A DNA stretch of 54,722 nucleotides, taken from positions 1-54,722 of the forward strand of contig JADGAL010000001.1 of the NCBI GenBank assembly GCA_015232025.1, written 5' to 3'. Position numbers and translations under genes: made by a program. The notes below the pieces were generated by a model that saw nothing but the letters and a program-made list of their open reading frames with translations, was not told where the DNA came from and searched no databases. Shown here piece by piece: positions 46,841-54,722 of this stretch (position 1 is the stretch's first letter; every line of letters begins with the position of its first letter). This stretch comes from Alphaproteobacteria bacterium (GTDB lineage: Bacteria > Pseudomonadota > Alphaproteobacteria > Rhodospirillales > Magnetospirillaceae).

Positions 46841-49516
46841 TCAGGCCGTCGAGGACGCCTTGACGCCCAGCGCCGCCTGGGCGGCGGCGAGGCGGGCGAT
46901 GGGGACGCGGTAGGGCGAGCAGGACACGTAATCCAGCCCGACCGTCTGGCAGAAGGCGATCGAGGCGGGGTCGCCGCCGTGTTCGCCGCAGATGCCCAGC
47001 TTGATGCCGGGGCGGGTCTTGCGGCCGCGCTCGGCGGCGAGCTGGATCATCTCGCCGACGCCTTCCTGGTCCAGGCTGGCGAAGGGGTCGTGCTCGTAGA
47101 TGCCCTTCTGGCGATAGACTTCGAGGAAGGGCGCCGAGTCGTCGCGCGACATGCCCAGCGTGGTCTGGGTCAGGTCGTTGGTGCCGAAGCTGAAGAATTC
47201 GGCGGTCGCGGCGATGTCGCCGGCCCTGAGGGCGGCGCGCGGCAATTCGATCATGGTGCCGACGTGATAGGGCACGCTTTTGCCCTTCTCGGCGAACACC
47301 CGCTGGGCGACCTTGTCGATGCTGGCCTTCATCAGGTCCAGTTCCTTCTTGGTGCCGACCAGCGGGACCATGATTTCGGGCACCACGGTCTGGCCCTTGT
47401 CGGCGAGCAGGATGGCCGCCTCGAAGATCGCCTGGGCCTGCATCTCGTAGATTTCGGGATAGGTGATGCCTAAGCGGCAGCCGCGATGGCCGAGCATCGG
47501 GTTGCTTTCATGAAGCTGCGCGGTGCGCCCCTTGACGGTGGCGAGATCGACGCCGGCGGCGCGGGCGACCTCGTTCATCTCGTCTTCGGAATTGGGCAGG
47601 AACTCGTGCAGCGGCGGGTCGAGCAGGCGGATGGTGACCGGCAGCCCCTCCATGATCTCGAACAGATCGACGAAGTCCTGCCGCTGGAAGGGCAGCAGCT
47701 TGGCCAGCGCGGTGCGCCGGCCGGATTCCTCGGAGGCGACGATCATCTCGCGCATCGCGATGATGCGCTTGGGATCGAAGAACATGTGCTCGGTGCGGCA
47801 CAGCCCGATGCCCTCGGCGCCGAACTTGCGCGCCGTGGCGGCGTCGAGCGGGGTTTCGGCGTTGGCGCGCACCTTCATGGTGCGGATTTCGTCGACCCAC
47901 ACCATCAGCGCCGCGAAGTCGCCGGTCAGCGCCGGCTGGATGGTCGGAACGGCGCCCGACATCACTTCGCCGGTCGAGCCGTCGAGGGTGATGACGTCGC
48001 CCTCGTTGACGATCCGGTCGCCGGCCTTGAAGCGCTTGGCCGCGTAATCGACCCGCAACTCGCCGCAGCCGGCGACGCAGGGCCGGCCCATGCCGCGCGC
48101 CACCACGGCGGCGTGGCTGGTCATGCCGCCGCGGGTGGTCAGGATGCCCTGGGCGACGTGCATGCCGCCGATGTCCTCGGGGCTGGTCTCGATGCGGACC
48201 AGGATGACCTTCTCGCCCTTCTGCGCCCACACCTCGGCGTCGTCGGCCGAGAACACCACCTTGCCCGACGCCGCCCCCGGCGAGGCCGGCAGGCCGCGGC
48301 CCAGCACGTCGCGCTTGGCCTTGGGGTCGAGGGTCGGGTGGAGAAGCTGGTCGAGCGCGCCCGGATCGATGCGCTGCACCGCCTTTTCCTTGCCGATCAG
48401 GCCCTCGCGGCACATGTCGACGGCGATCTTCAGCGCCGCCTCGGCGGTGCGCTTGCCGGTGCGGGTTTGCAGCATCCACAGCTTCGACTGCTGGACGGTG
48501 AACTCCATGTCCTGCATGTCGGTGTAGTGCTTCTCGAGGGTGTGGCGCACCGCGTCGAGTTCGGCGAACACGGCGGGCATCACCTCTTCCATCGAGGGCA
48601 ACTCGGCGTGGGCCTCCTCGCGCGCCGCCTTGGTCAGGTATTGCGGCGTGCGGATGCCGGCCACCACGTCCTCGCCCTGGGCGTTCACCAGATATTCGCC
48701 ATAGAACATATTGCGGCCCGTCGAGGGGTCGCGGGTGAAGCACACCCCGGTGGCGCAGTCGTTGCCCATGTTGCCGAACACCATGGCCTGGACGTTGACG
48801 GCGGTGCCCCAGTCGGCCGGGATCTCGTGCAGGCGGCGATAGGTGATGGCGCGCTGGTTCATCCAGCTTCCGAACACCGCGCCGATGGCGCCCCAAAGCT
48901 GGTCCTGCGGGTCCTGCGGGAAGGGGCGGCCCAACTGCTCTTCGACCTTGGCCTTGTAGGCGCCGACCAGCTTGCGCCAATCCGCGGCCTTCAATTCGGT
49001 GTCGAGGCTGTAGCCGGCGTCCTCTTTCAGCGCCTCCAGCAGTTCCTCGAAGTGATGATGGTCGACGCCCAGCACCACGTCGGAATACATCTGGATGAAG
49101 CGGCGATAGCTGTCATAGGCGAAACGGTCGTCGTTCGAGCGCTTGGCCAAGCCCTCGACGGTGGCGTCGTTGAGGCCCAGATTGAGGACGGTGTCCATCA
49201 TGCCTGGCATCGAGGCCCGCGCGCCCGATCGCACCGAGACCAGCAGCGGATTGACCACGTCGCCGAATTTGGCGCCCATGATCGTCTCGACCGCGACCAG
49301 CGCCTCGGCCACCTGGCCCTTCAACTCGGCCGGATAGCTTTGCCCGTTCGCGTAATAATACGTGCAAAGCTCGGTGGTGATCGTGAAGCCGGGAGGGACG
49401 GGGATGCCCAGATTGGCCATCTCGGCCAGATTGGCGCCCTTGCCGCCGAGCAGGTTCTTCATCTCGGCGCGCCCTTCGGCACTGCCGCCGCCAAAGCTGT
49501 AGACCCATTTCGTCAT
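46841..49516 (-). CDS. ppdK: pyruvate, phosphate dikinase
   Basis: 891 aa. MTKWVYSFGGG...GGKGANLAEM. Phospho-His region GGMTSHAAVVARG. C-terminal PEP-utilising CGEHGGDP. Confidence 0.95.
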   Translation of the reverse strand: MTKWVYSFGGGSAEGRAEMKNLLGGKGANLAEMANLGIPVPPGFTITTELCTYYYANGQSYPAELKGQVAEALVAVETIMGAKFGDVVNPLLVSVRSGARASMPGMMDTVLNLGLNDATVEGLAKRSNDDRFAYDSYRRFIQMYSDVVLGVDHHHFEELLEALKEDAGYSLDTELKAADWRKLVGAYKAKVEEQLGRPFPQDPQDQLWGAIGAVFGSWMNQRAITYRRLHEIPADWGTAVNVQAMVFGNMGNDCATGVCFTRDPSTGRNMFYGEYLVNAQGEDVVAGIRTPQYLTKAAREEAHAELPSMEEVMPAVFAELDAVRHTLEKHYTDMQDMEFTVQQSKLWMLQTRTGKRTAEAALKIAVDMCREGLIGKEKAVQRIDPGALDQLLHPTLDPKAKRDVLGRGLPASPGAASGKVVFSADDAEVWAQKGEKVILVRIETSPEDIGGMHVAQGILTTRGGMTSHAAVVARGMGRPCVAGCGELRVDYAAKRFKAGDRIVNEGDVITLDGSTGEVMSGAVPTIQPALTGDFAALMVWVDEIRTMKVRANAETPLDAATARKFGAEGIGLCRTEHMFFDPKRIIAMREMIVASEESGRRTALAKLLPFQRQDFVDLFEIMEGLPVTIRLLDPPLHEFLPNSEDEMNEVARAAGVDLATVKGRTAQLHESNPMLGHRGCRLGITYPEIYEMQAQAIFEAAILLADKGQTVVPEIMVPLVGTKKELDLMKASIDKVAQRVFAEKGKSVPYHVGTMIELPRAALRAGDIAATAEFFSFGTNDLTQTTLGMSRDDSAPFLEVYRQKGIYEHDPFASLDQEGVGEMIQLAAERGRKTRPGIKLGICGEHGGDPASIAFCQTVGLDYVSCSPYRVPIARLAAAQAALGVKASSTA

Positions 49517-49522
49517 GACACC

Positions 49523-51595
49523 CTACCCCTCGATTTTTGAGAAATCGGCCACCTCTCCCATGGCCGCCCCGATGCGTGACAGAAGCGCGAGGCGGTTGCC
49601 CCGTAGTTCCGGCCGCTCGGTGTTTACCGTGACCTGGTCGAAAAAGGCGTCCACCGGCCGGCGAAGAGTGGCCAAGACGCCCATCAGCTCGCCAAACCGC
49701 TCGTGCTGGGCCAAAGCCCCGGCGGCGCCGCGCACCTCGGCCAATTGGGCCGACAGGGCGCGCTCCTCGTCTTGTTCGAACAGCGCCTCGTCGGGCTCGC
49801 CGTCATAGGTGGCGCCGTCCTTCTTTTCCTCGATCCGCACGATGTTGGCGGCGCGGCGATAGGCGACCAGGAGATTGGCGCCGTCTTCGCTGGCCAGGAA
49901 GTCGCCCAGCGCCTTCACGCGGGCGAGCAGCCGCACCAGATCGTCCTCGCCGCCCAGGGCGAAGATCGCGACGACCAGATCGTGCCGCACGCCCCGCTCG
50001 CGCAGATGCACCTTCAGGCGGTCGGCGAAGAAGTCGAGCAAGTCCGCCGTGGTGGACGCCGCGTCGCGGGGCAGCCCGCCGCCATACTGCCCATGGGCCA
50101 GCGCGAAGAAGGCGGCCAGCGGCACGCGCAGCCCGTTCTCGACGATCAGGCGGATGACGCCCAAAGCGGCGCGGCGCAAGGCGTAGGGGTCTTTCGAGCC
50201 GGTCGGCTTCTCGTCGATGCCGAAGAACCCGACCAGCGTGTCGATCTTGTCGGCCAAGGCCACCGCCACCGAGACCGGCGCGGTCGGGCAGCGGTCGTTG
50301 GGACCGGCCGGCGAGTAATGCTCGGCGATGGCGTCGGCGACCGCCGGGTCCTCGCCGTCGGCCAGCGCGTAGTAGCGGCCCATGATCCCCTGCAATTCGG
50401 GGAATTCGCCGACCATCTCGGCGAACAGGTCGCATTTGGCGAGGCGCGCCGCGCGCTCGGCCACCTGGGCGGACGCGCCGGGGATGTAGAAGGTCATGTG
50501 CCGGGCCAGCACCCGCATCCGCTCGACCTTGTCGGCCAGGGTGCCCAGCTTGGCGTGGAAGATGCTTTCGGCGAGACGCGGCAGCCGGCTTTCCAGGCTG
50601 TGCTTGCGGTCGCCGTCCCAGAAGAACTTGGCGTCCGACAGGCGCGCCCGCAGCACCCGCTCGTTTCCGGCGATGATCGCCTTGCCGCCATCGGGGGCGA
50701 AGCGGTTGGCGACCACGCCGAAGCGCGAGGCCAGCTTGCCGTTCGAGTCGAGCAGCGAGAAATACTTCTGATGCGCCCGCATCGCCGTGGTCAGCACCTC
50801 GGGCGGCACGTCCATGAAGGCGTCGTCGATGCGGCCCAGCAAGGGCACCGGATATTCGACCAGCCCGGTGACCTCGGCCAGCAGGCCCTCGTCGGGCTTC
50901 ACCGTCAGGCCCTCGGCGGCGGCCAGACTGGCCACCCCGTCGCGGATCATCGCCATGCGCGCGGCCGGGTCGAGCACCACCTTGGCGGCGTCGAGCTTGG
51001 CGGCGTAATCGGCGAATCCGGTCGCCGCGAAGGCGCCGGGCGCCATGAAGCGATGGCCCTCGCTTTGGTCCGAGGCCGTCACCGGGCCGAAGGCGATCGG
51101 CACCACGGCGCCGTCGAACAGGCACAGGATGCGGTGCAGCGGACGCACCCAGCGGACCTTGTGGGTGGCCCAGCGCATCGATTTCGGCCAGGGGAATTCG
51201 GCCAGGGCGCGGCCGATCACCTCGTCCAGCACCTGGGCGGTGGGGCGGCCCTCGCGGCGGATCACCGCGAACCAGAAGGCGCCCTTGCCGGAGTCGCGTT
51301 GCTCGCACTGGTCCAGCGAGGCCAGCCCGGCCGACTTCAGGAAACCGGCCACCGCCTGCTCGGGCGCGCCGACCCGCGGCCCGCGCTTTTCTTCCGAGAC
51401 GTCGGGCTGGGCGGTCGGCAGGCCCTCCATCACCAGGGTCAGGCGGCGCGGCGTGACGAAGCTTTCGGCGCGCGCGAAGCTTAGGCCGGCCGCCGTCAAG
51501 CCGTCGCCGATCAGGCGCTTCAAATCGTCGGCGGCGCGCGCCTGCATCCGGGCGGGGATCTCTTCCGAGAAGAGTTCGAGCAGCAGTTCCGCCAT
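49523..51595 (-). CDS. glyS: glycine--tRNA ligase beta subunit
   Basis: ATG 51595 ([18 protein letters not shown]) is 2 nt after the glyQ stop. 690 aa. Confidence 0.95.
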   Translation of the reverse strand: MAELLLELFSEEIPARMQARAADDLKRLIGDGLTAAGLSFARAESFVTPRRLTLVMEGLPTAQPDVSEEKRGPRVGAPEQAVAGFLKSAGLASLDQCEQRDSGKGAFWFAVIRREGRPTAQVLDEVIGRALAEFPWPKSMRWATHKVRWVRPLHRILCLFDGAVVPIAFGPVTASDQSEGHRFMAPGAFAATGFADYAAKLDAAKVVLDPAARMAMIRDGVASLAAAEGLTVKPDEGLLAEVTGLVEYPVPLLGRIDDAFMDVPPEVLTTAMRAHQKYFSLLDSNGKLASRFGVVANRFAPDGGKAIIAGNERVLRARLSDAKFFWDGDRKHSLESRLPRLAESIFHAKLGTLADKVERMRVLARHMTFYIPGASAQVAERAARLAKCDLFAEMVGEFPELQGIMGRYYALADGEDPAVADAIAEHYSPAGPNDRCPTAPVSVAVALADKIDTLVGFFGIDEKPTGSKDPYALRRAALGVIRLIVENGLRVPLAAFFALAHGQYGGGLPRDAASTTADLLDFFADRLKVHLRERGVRHDLVVAIFALGGEDDLVRLLARVKALGDFLASEDGANLLVAYRRAANIVRIEEKKDGATYDGEPDEALFEQDEERALSAQLAEVRGAAGALAQHERFGELMGVLATLRRPVDAFFDQVTVNTERPELRGNRLALLSRIGAAMGEVADFSKIEG

Positions 51596-51597
51596 GA

Positions 51598-52500
51598 TCA
51601 GGACTCCGCCTTCGGCTGACGGCTGGCCAGCCAGCCTTCGCAGCACGCCTTGGCCAACGCGCGGACGCGGCCGATATACGAGGCCCGCTCGGTGACGCTG
51701 ATCACGCCGCGCGCGTCCAGCAGATTGAAGCGATGGCTGGCCTTGATGCACTGGTCATAGGCCGGCAGCGCCAGCTTGGCCTCGATCAGGGCTTGGCATT
51801 CCTTCTCGGCGTCGAGGAAGTGGCGCAGCAGCATCTCGGTGTCGGCCACCTCGAAATTATGCGCCGAATATTCCTTCTCGGCCTGCAGGAAGACGTCGCC
51901 ATAGCGCACGCCCTGGCCGTTGAAATCCAGATCATAGACGTTCTCGACGCCCTGGATGTACATGGCCAGACGTTCCAGGCCGTAGGTCAGCTCGACGCAG
52001 ACCGGATCGACCTCGATGCCGCCGACCTGCTGGAAATAGGTGAACTGGGTCACCTCCATGCCGTCGCACCAGACCTCCCAGCCCAGGCCCCAGGCGCCCA
52101 GGGTGGGGCTTTCCCAATCGTCCTCGACGAAGCGGATGTCGTGCAGCTCGGGATCGACGCCCAGGGCTCGCAGGCTTTGCAGGTAAAGCGCCTGCGCGTC
52201 TTGCGGCGAGGGCTTCAGGATCACCTGATACTGATAATAATGCTGCAACCGATTCGGATTCTCGCCATAGCGCCCGTCCTTGGGCCGCCGCGAGGGCTGC
52301 ACATAGGCCGTCTTCCAGGGGTCCGGCCCCAGGGCGCGCAGGGTGGTCGCCGGATGGAAGGTGCCCGCCCCGACCTCCATGTCGTAAGGTTGCAAGATCA
52401 CACACCCCTGCTCGGCCCAAAACTGGTGGAGCGTAAGGATCAGTGACTGGAAGCAGGGCTTCGCCGTGCCGTTCGTCGCCATGAGGAAAACCCGGTCCAT
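51598..52500 (-). CDS. glyQ: glycine--tRNA ligase alpha subunit
   Basis: [43 protein letters not shown]. The start is either ATG 52500 or ATG 52482. Confidence 0.95.
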   Translation of the reverse strand: MDRVFLMATNGTAKPCFQSLILTLHQFWAEQGCVILQPYDMEVGAGTFHPATTLRALGPDPWKTAYVQPSRRPKDGRYGENPNRLQHYYQYQVILKPSPQDAQALYLQSLRALGVDPELHDIRFVEDDWESPTLGAWGLGWEVWCDGMEVTQFTYFQQVGGIEVDPVCVELTYGLERLAMYIQGVENVYDLDFNGQGVRYGDVFLQAEKEYSAHNFEVADTEMLLRHFLDAEKECQALIEAKLALPAYDQCIKASHRFNLLDARGVISVTERASYIGRVRALAKACCEGWLASRQPKAES

Positions 52501-52576
52501 GCTGCTTCGCGGAATGACCCCAGCACCCTAACCGCCGCCACACGGACGGTCAAGGGAGGCGCGTCCGGGTTGAGGG

Positions 52577-52825
52577 TCAGGGCGTGGGGCGGCCGAGGAA
52601 CGGGCAGTCGGGACGACCGCAGCGGCCGGGCTCGCGGGCCGGAACGAACGCGCCGCAGCGATCGCAGCGCACCGTCTCCTCGACCTGGGCGGCCGAACCG
52701 TCGGCGCGTGGGGCCGGAGCGGCGGGATCGCGGCGTTGGCCGAGTTCCACCACGCGCTGGAAATGGCGATAGCCAAACCACACGATCAGGACGATGGCGA
52801 TGAGGACCAGCCATTTGACGAGCAT
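52577..52825 (-). CDS. small membrane-anchored protein with a C-terminal CxxC...C-x4-C knuckle
   Basis: ATG 52825. N-terminal TM segment MLVKWLVLIAIVLIVWFGY. CDRCGAFVPAREPGRCGRPDCPF. GC3-rich. Confidence 0.5.
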   Translation of the reverse strand: MLVKWLVLIAIVLIVWFGYRHFQRVVELGQRRDPAAPAPRADGSAAQVEETVRCDRCGAFVPAREPGRCGRPDCPFLGRPTP

Positions 52826-52932
52826 CGACGAATGATGAGGGTGTGGGCCGCTCGGGTCAAGCGGCGCCCGCCAACGAAACCGTCACTTGAAGCGGGCTGG
52901 CAACGCGCGGCCTTTGCGGTTAGATTGTCGCC

Positions 52933-54722
52933 ATGCAGGTCGGGGGGGGACCGGTGGGGGGGCAAGAGGGATACGCGGTGTCGTGGTGGCGCGGGACGTT
53001 CCGCGACCCGTCGCTGGAGGCCGAGTACCGCGCCACGACTCTGCGCGAGGCGCGCCGCGCCCAGGTGGCCAACGCCGCCTTCGGCAGCCTGGGCTATGCC
53101 GCCTTCGTGCCGCTCGATCTGGCGATGCTCGAGGGCGCCCCGCTGTGGCTGGTGCTCGGCGTGCGCGCCGTGGTCGCCGGTTTGGGGATGTGGACGGCCT
53201 TGCGGCTGCGCCGGGTCACGACGGCGCGCGAACTGGATCGCCTGACGCTGCCGTTGTTCGGGCTGCTGTTCGCGATCGCCTTCTCGATCAGCGGCATCAC
53301 GCCGGCCTATCAGCCGCATTGGCCGATCATGGCGGCCTTCGTCGCGGTGGTGGTGCATGTCGCCTGCCCAAGCCCGCCCTTGCCCAACCTCGCCTTGACC
53401 GCGCTGATGTCGGCGTCCTGCCTGGGCGCCTGGCTGATCGGAACCGACCCGGCGCCGCGCGCCTACGACGTCGGCACCTATCTGGGCTGGCTGCTGATGG
53501 GCAACGGCTTCGGCTGGGCGATCGGAGCGCGCCTGCACCGGCTGTCGCGCGTGCAATTCGGCCACCTCGCCGACGAGCGCCGGATGGCCGAGGATCTGCG
53601 CGAGGCCAAGGCGCGGGCCGACGAGGGCGCCCGCGCCAAGTCCGAGTTCCTGGCGATGATGAGCCACGAGATCCGCACCCCGATGAACGGCGTGGTCGGC
53701 ATGGTGCGCCTGCTGCTCGACAGCCGACTGGCGCCCGAGCAGCGCGATCAGGCCGAAACCGTACTGTACTCGGCCGAGGCGTTGCTGACCATCCTGGACG
53801 ACATCCTCGACTTCTCGAAGCTCGAGGCCGGCAAGCTCGACATCGAATCGGTTCCCTTCGACCTGCACCGCTTGCTGGGCAGCGTGGTCGGCCTGATGGA
53901 GTCGCGGGCCGGCGACAAGGGGCTGGCGCTGGTGCTCGACATCGCGCCCGAATTGGCCGCCCCGGTGGCCGGCGATCCGACCCGCCTGCGCCAGATCCTG
54001 CTCAATCTGATCGGCAACGCCGTCAAATTCACCGACCAGGGCGCGGTGACGGTTCGCGCCCTGCCCGGCGGGGTTCGCGACGGCGTGCCGACCGTCCGGT
54101 TCGAGATCGCCGACACCGGCATCGGCATCGGCGAGGCGGCGCGAACCCGCCTGTTCACCACCTTCGCCCAGGCCGATGGGACGATCGCGCGGCGCTTCGG
54201 CGGCACCGGGTTGGGGTTGGCGATCTGCAAGCGGCTGGTCGATCTGATGGGCGGCGAGATCGGCGTCGACAGCGTGGAACGCCAGGGCTCGACCTTCTGG
54301 TGCGTCCTGCCGCTGCCCAGCGCCCGCGCCGCCGTCCCGGCGCACGCGGCGGCGGCGATCGACGTGGCCCGCCTGCCTCCTTTGCGAATCCTGCTGGCCG
54401 AAGACAATCCGGTCAACCAGAAGGTCGCGGTGGGCCTGCTGGCGCGGCGGGGCCATCACGTCTCGGTGGCCGCCGACGGCGCGCGGGCGCTGAGGATGGT
54501 GACCGAGGCGCCGTTCGACGTGGTGCTGATGGACATGCAGATGCCCGAGATGGACGGGCTGGAAGCCACCGCCCGCATCCGCGCCCTGGCCGGGCCGGTG
54601 TCGCGCATCCCCATCGTGGCGATGACCGCCAACGCGCTGAAGGGCGACGACGAGCGTTGTCTGGCGGCCGGCATGGATGGCTATGTCGCCAAGCCGATCG
54701 ATCCCGCCATCCTGTTCGAGGC
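52933..54722 (+). CDS. membrane-bound hybrid sensor histidine kinase (HisKA, HATPase, receiver), 3' end outside the window
   Basis: Not in the ORF track because it is open at the right edge. My translation from ATG 52933 gives several TM segments, [47 protein letters not shown], and receiver [13 protein letters not shown]...[12 protein letters not shown]...YVAKPI. Confidence 0.85.
   Translation, partial: MQVGGGPVGGQEGYAVSWWRGTFRDPSLEAEYRATTLREARRAQVANAAFGSLGYAAFVPLDLAMLEGAPLWLVLGVRAVVAGLGMWTALRLRRVTTARELDRLTLPLFGLLFAIAFSISGITPAYQPHWPIMAAFVAVVVHVACPSPPLPNLALTALMSASCLGAWLIGTDPAPRAYDVGTYLGWLLMGNGFGWAIGARLHRLSRVQFGHLADERRMAEDLREAKARADEGARAKSEFLAMMSHEIRTPMNGVVGMVRLLLDSRLAPEQRDQAETVLYSAEALLTILDDILDFSKLEAGKLDIESVPFDLHRLLGSVVGLMESRAGDKGLALVLDIAPELAAPVAGDPTRLRQILLNLIGNAVKFTDQGAVTVRALPGGVRDGVPTVRFEIADTGIGIGEAARTRLFTTFAQADGTIARRFGGTGLGLAICKRLVDLMGGEIGVDSVERQGSTFWCVLPLPSARAAVPAHAAAAIDVARLPPLRILLAEDNPVNQKVAVGLLARRGHHVSVAADGARALRMVTEAPFDVVLMDMQMPEMDGLEATARIRALAGPVSRIPIVAMTANALKGDDERCLAAGMDGYVAKPIDPAILFE

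Overview
High-GC bacterial chromosome segment. Sampled 60-nt lines in core genes are 67-80% GC. Gene content looks alphaproteobacterial and Rhodospirillales-like (bacteriohemerythrin, many hybrid histidine kinases), but the taxon is inference only. Coding is almost gap-free and mostly on the minus strand, with many ATGA/GTGA start-stop overlaps.

Content from left to right:
- gabD, a class-III aminotransferase and a hotdog thioesterase.
- A PAS histidine kinase with two receiver-only regulators.
- gltB and gltD.
- A cNMP-binding hybrid kinase.
- A PadR-like regulator, a SAM methyltransferase and a small NirD/AsnC-like protein.
- A low-GC islet with a pilin-like gene and REP-type hairpins.
- A 14.5-kb [NiFe]-hydrogenase locus (17475-31951). 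Its minus-strand order is small subunit, HybA, HybB, large subunit, protease, HypC-like, HupK, a two-gene insert, hypA, hypB, short hypF, hypC, hypD, an inverted repeat, hypE, hypX.
- Hemerythrin coupled to a GIY-YIG protein.
- A NifX-like protein, an M50/CBS protease, a phosphoribosyltransferase, a PhaZ-like hydrolase and an orphan vsr.
- A Cpx-like two-component system with a divergent LTXXQ protein.
- A peptide/nickel-type ABC importer without ATPase genes.
- HIT and MeaB.
- A toxin-antitoxin islet: parDE, a DUF2892 protein, a broken HTH antitoxin, and a DUF4258/HTH pair.
- ppdK, glyS and glyQ.
- A hybrid kinase that runs off the right edge.

I saw no rRNA, tRNA, CRISPR array, transposase or integrase.

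The best candidate for an undescribed system is the low-GC two-gene cassette at 23987-25076. It encodes a 246-aa protein of unknown family plus a small HEPN-like protein with an R-x5-H motif, and it sits between hupK and hypA. Secondary points of interest are a (CACCAAGGA)n repeat family, present as a long hairpin between hypD and hypE and again inside a broken antitoxin gene, the Kae1-domain-only HypF, and the mix of Hyb-type structural genes with hupK and hypX. All functional calls rest on motif recognition by eye; no database search was run.
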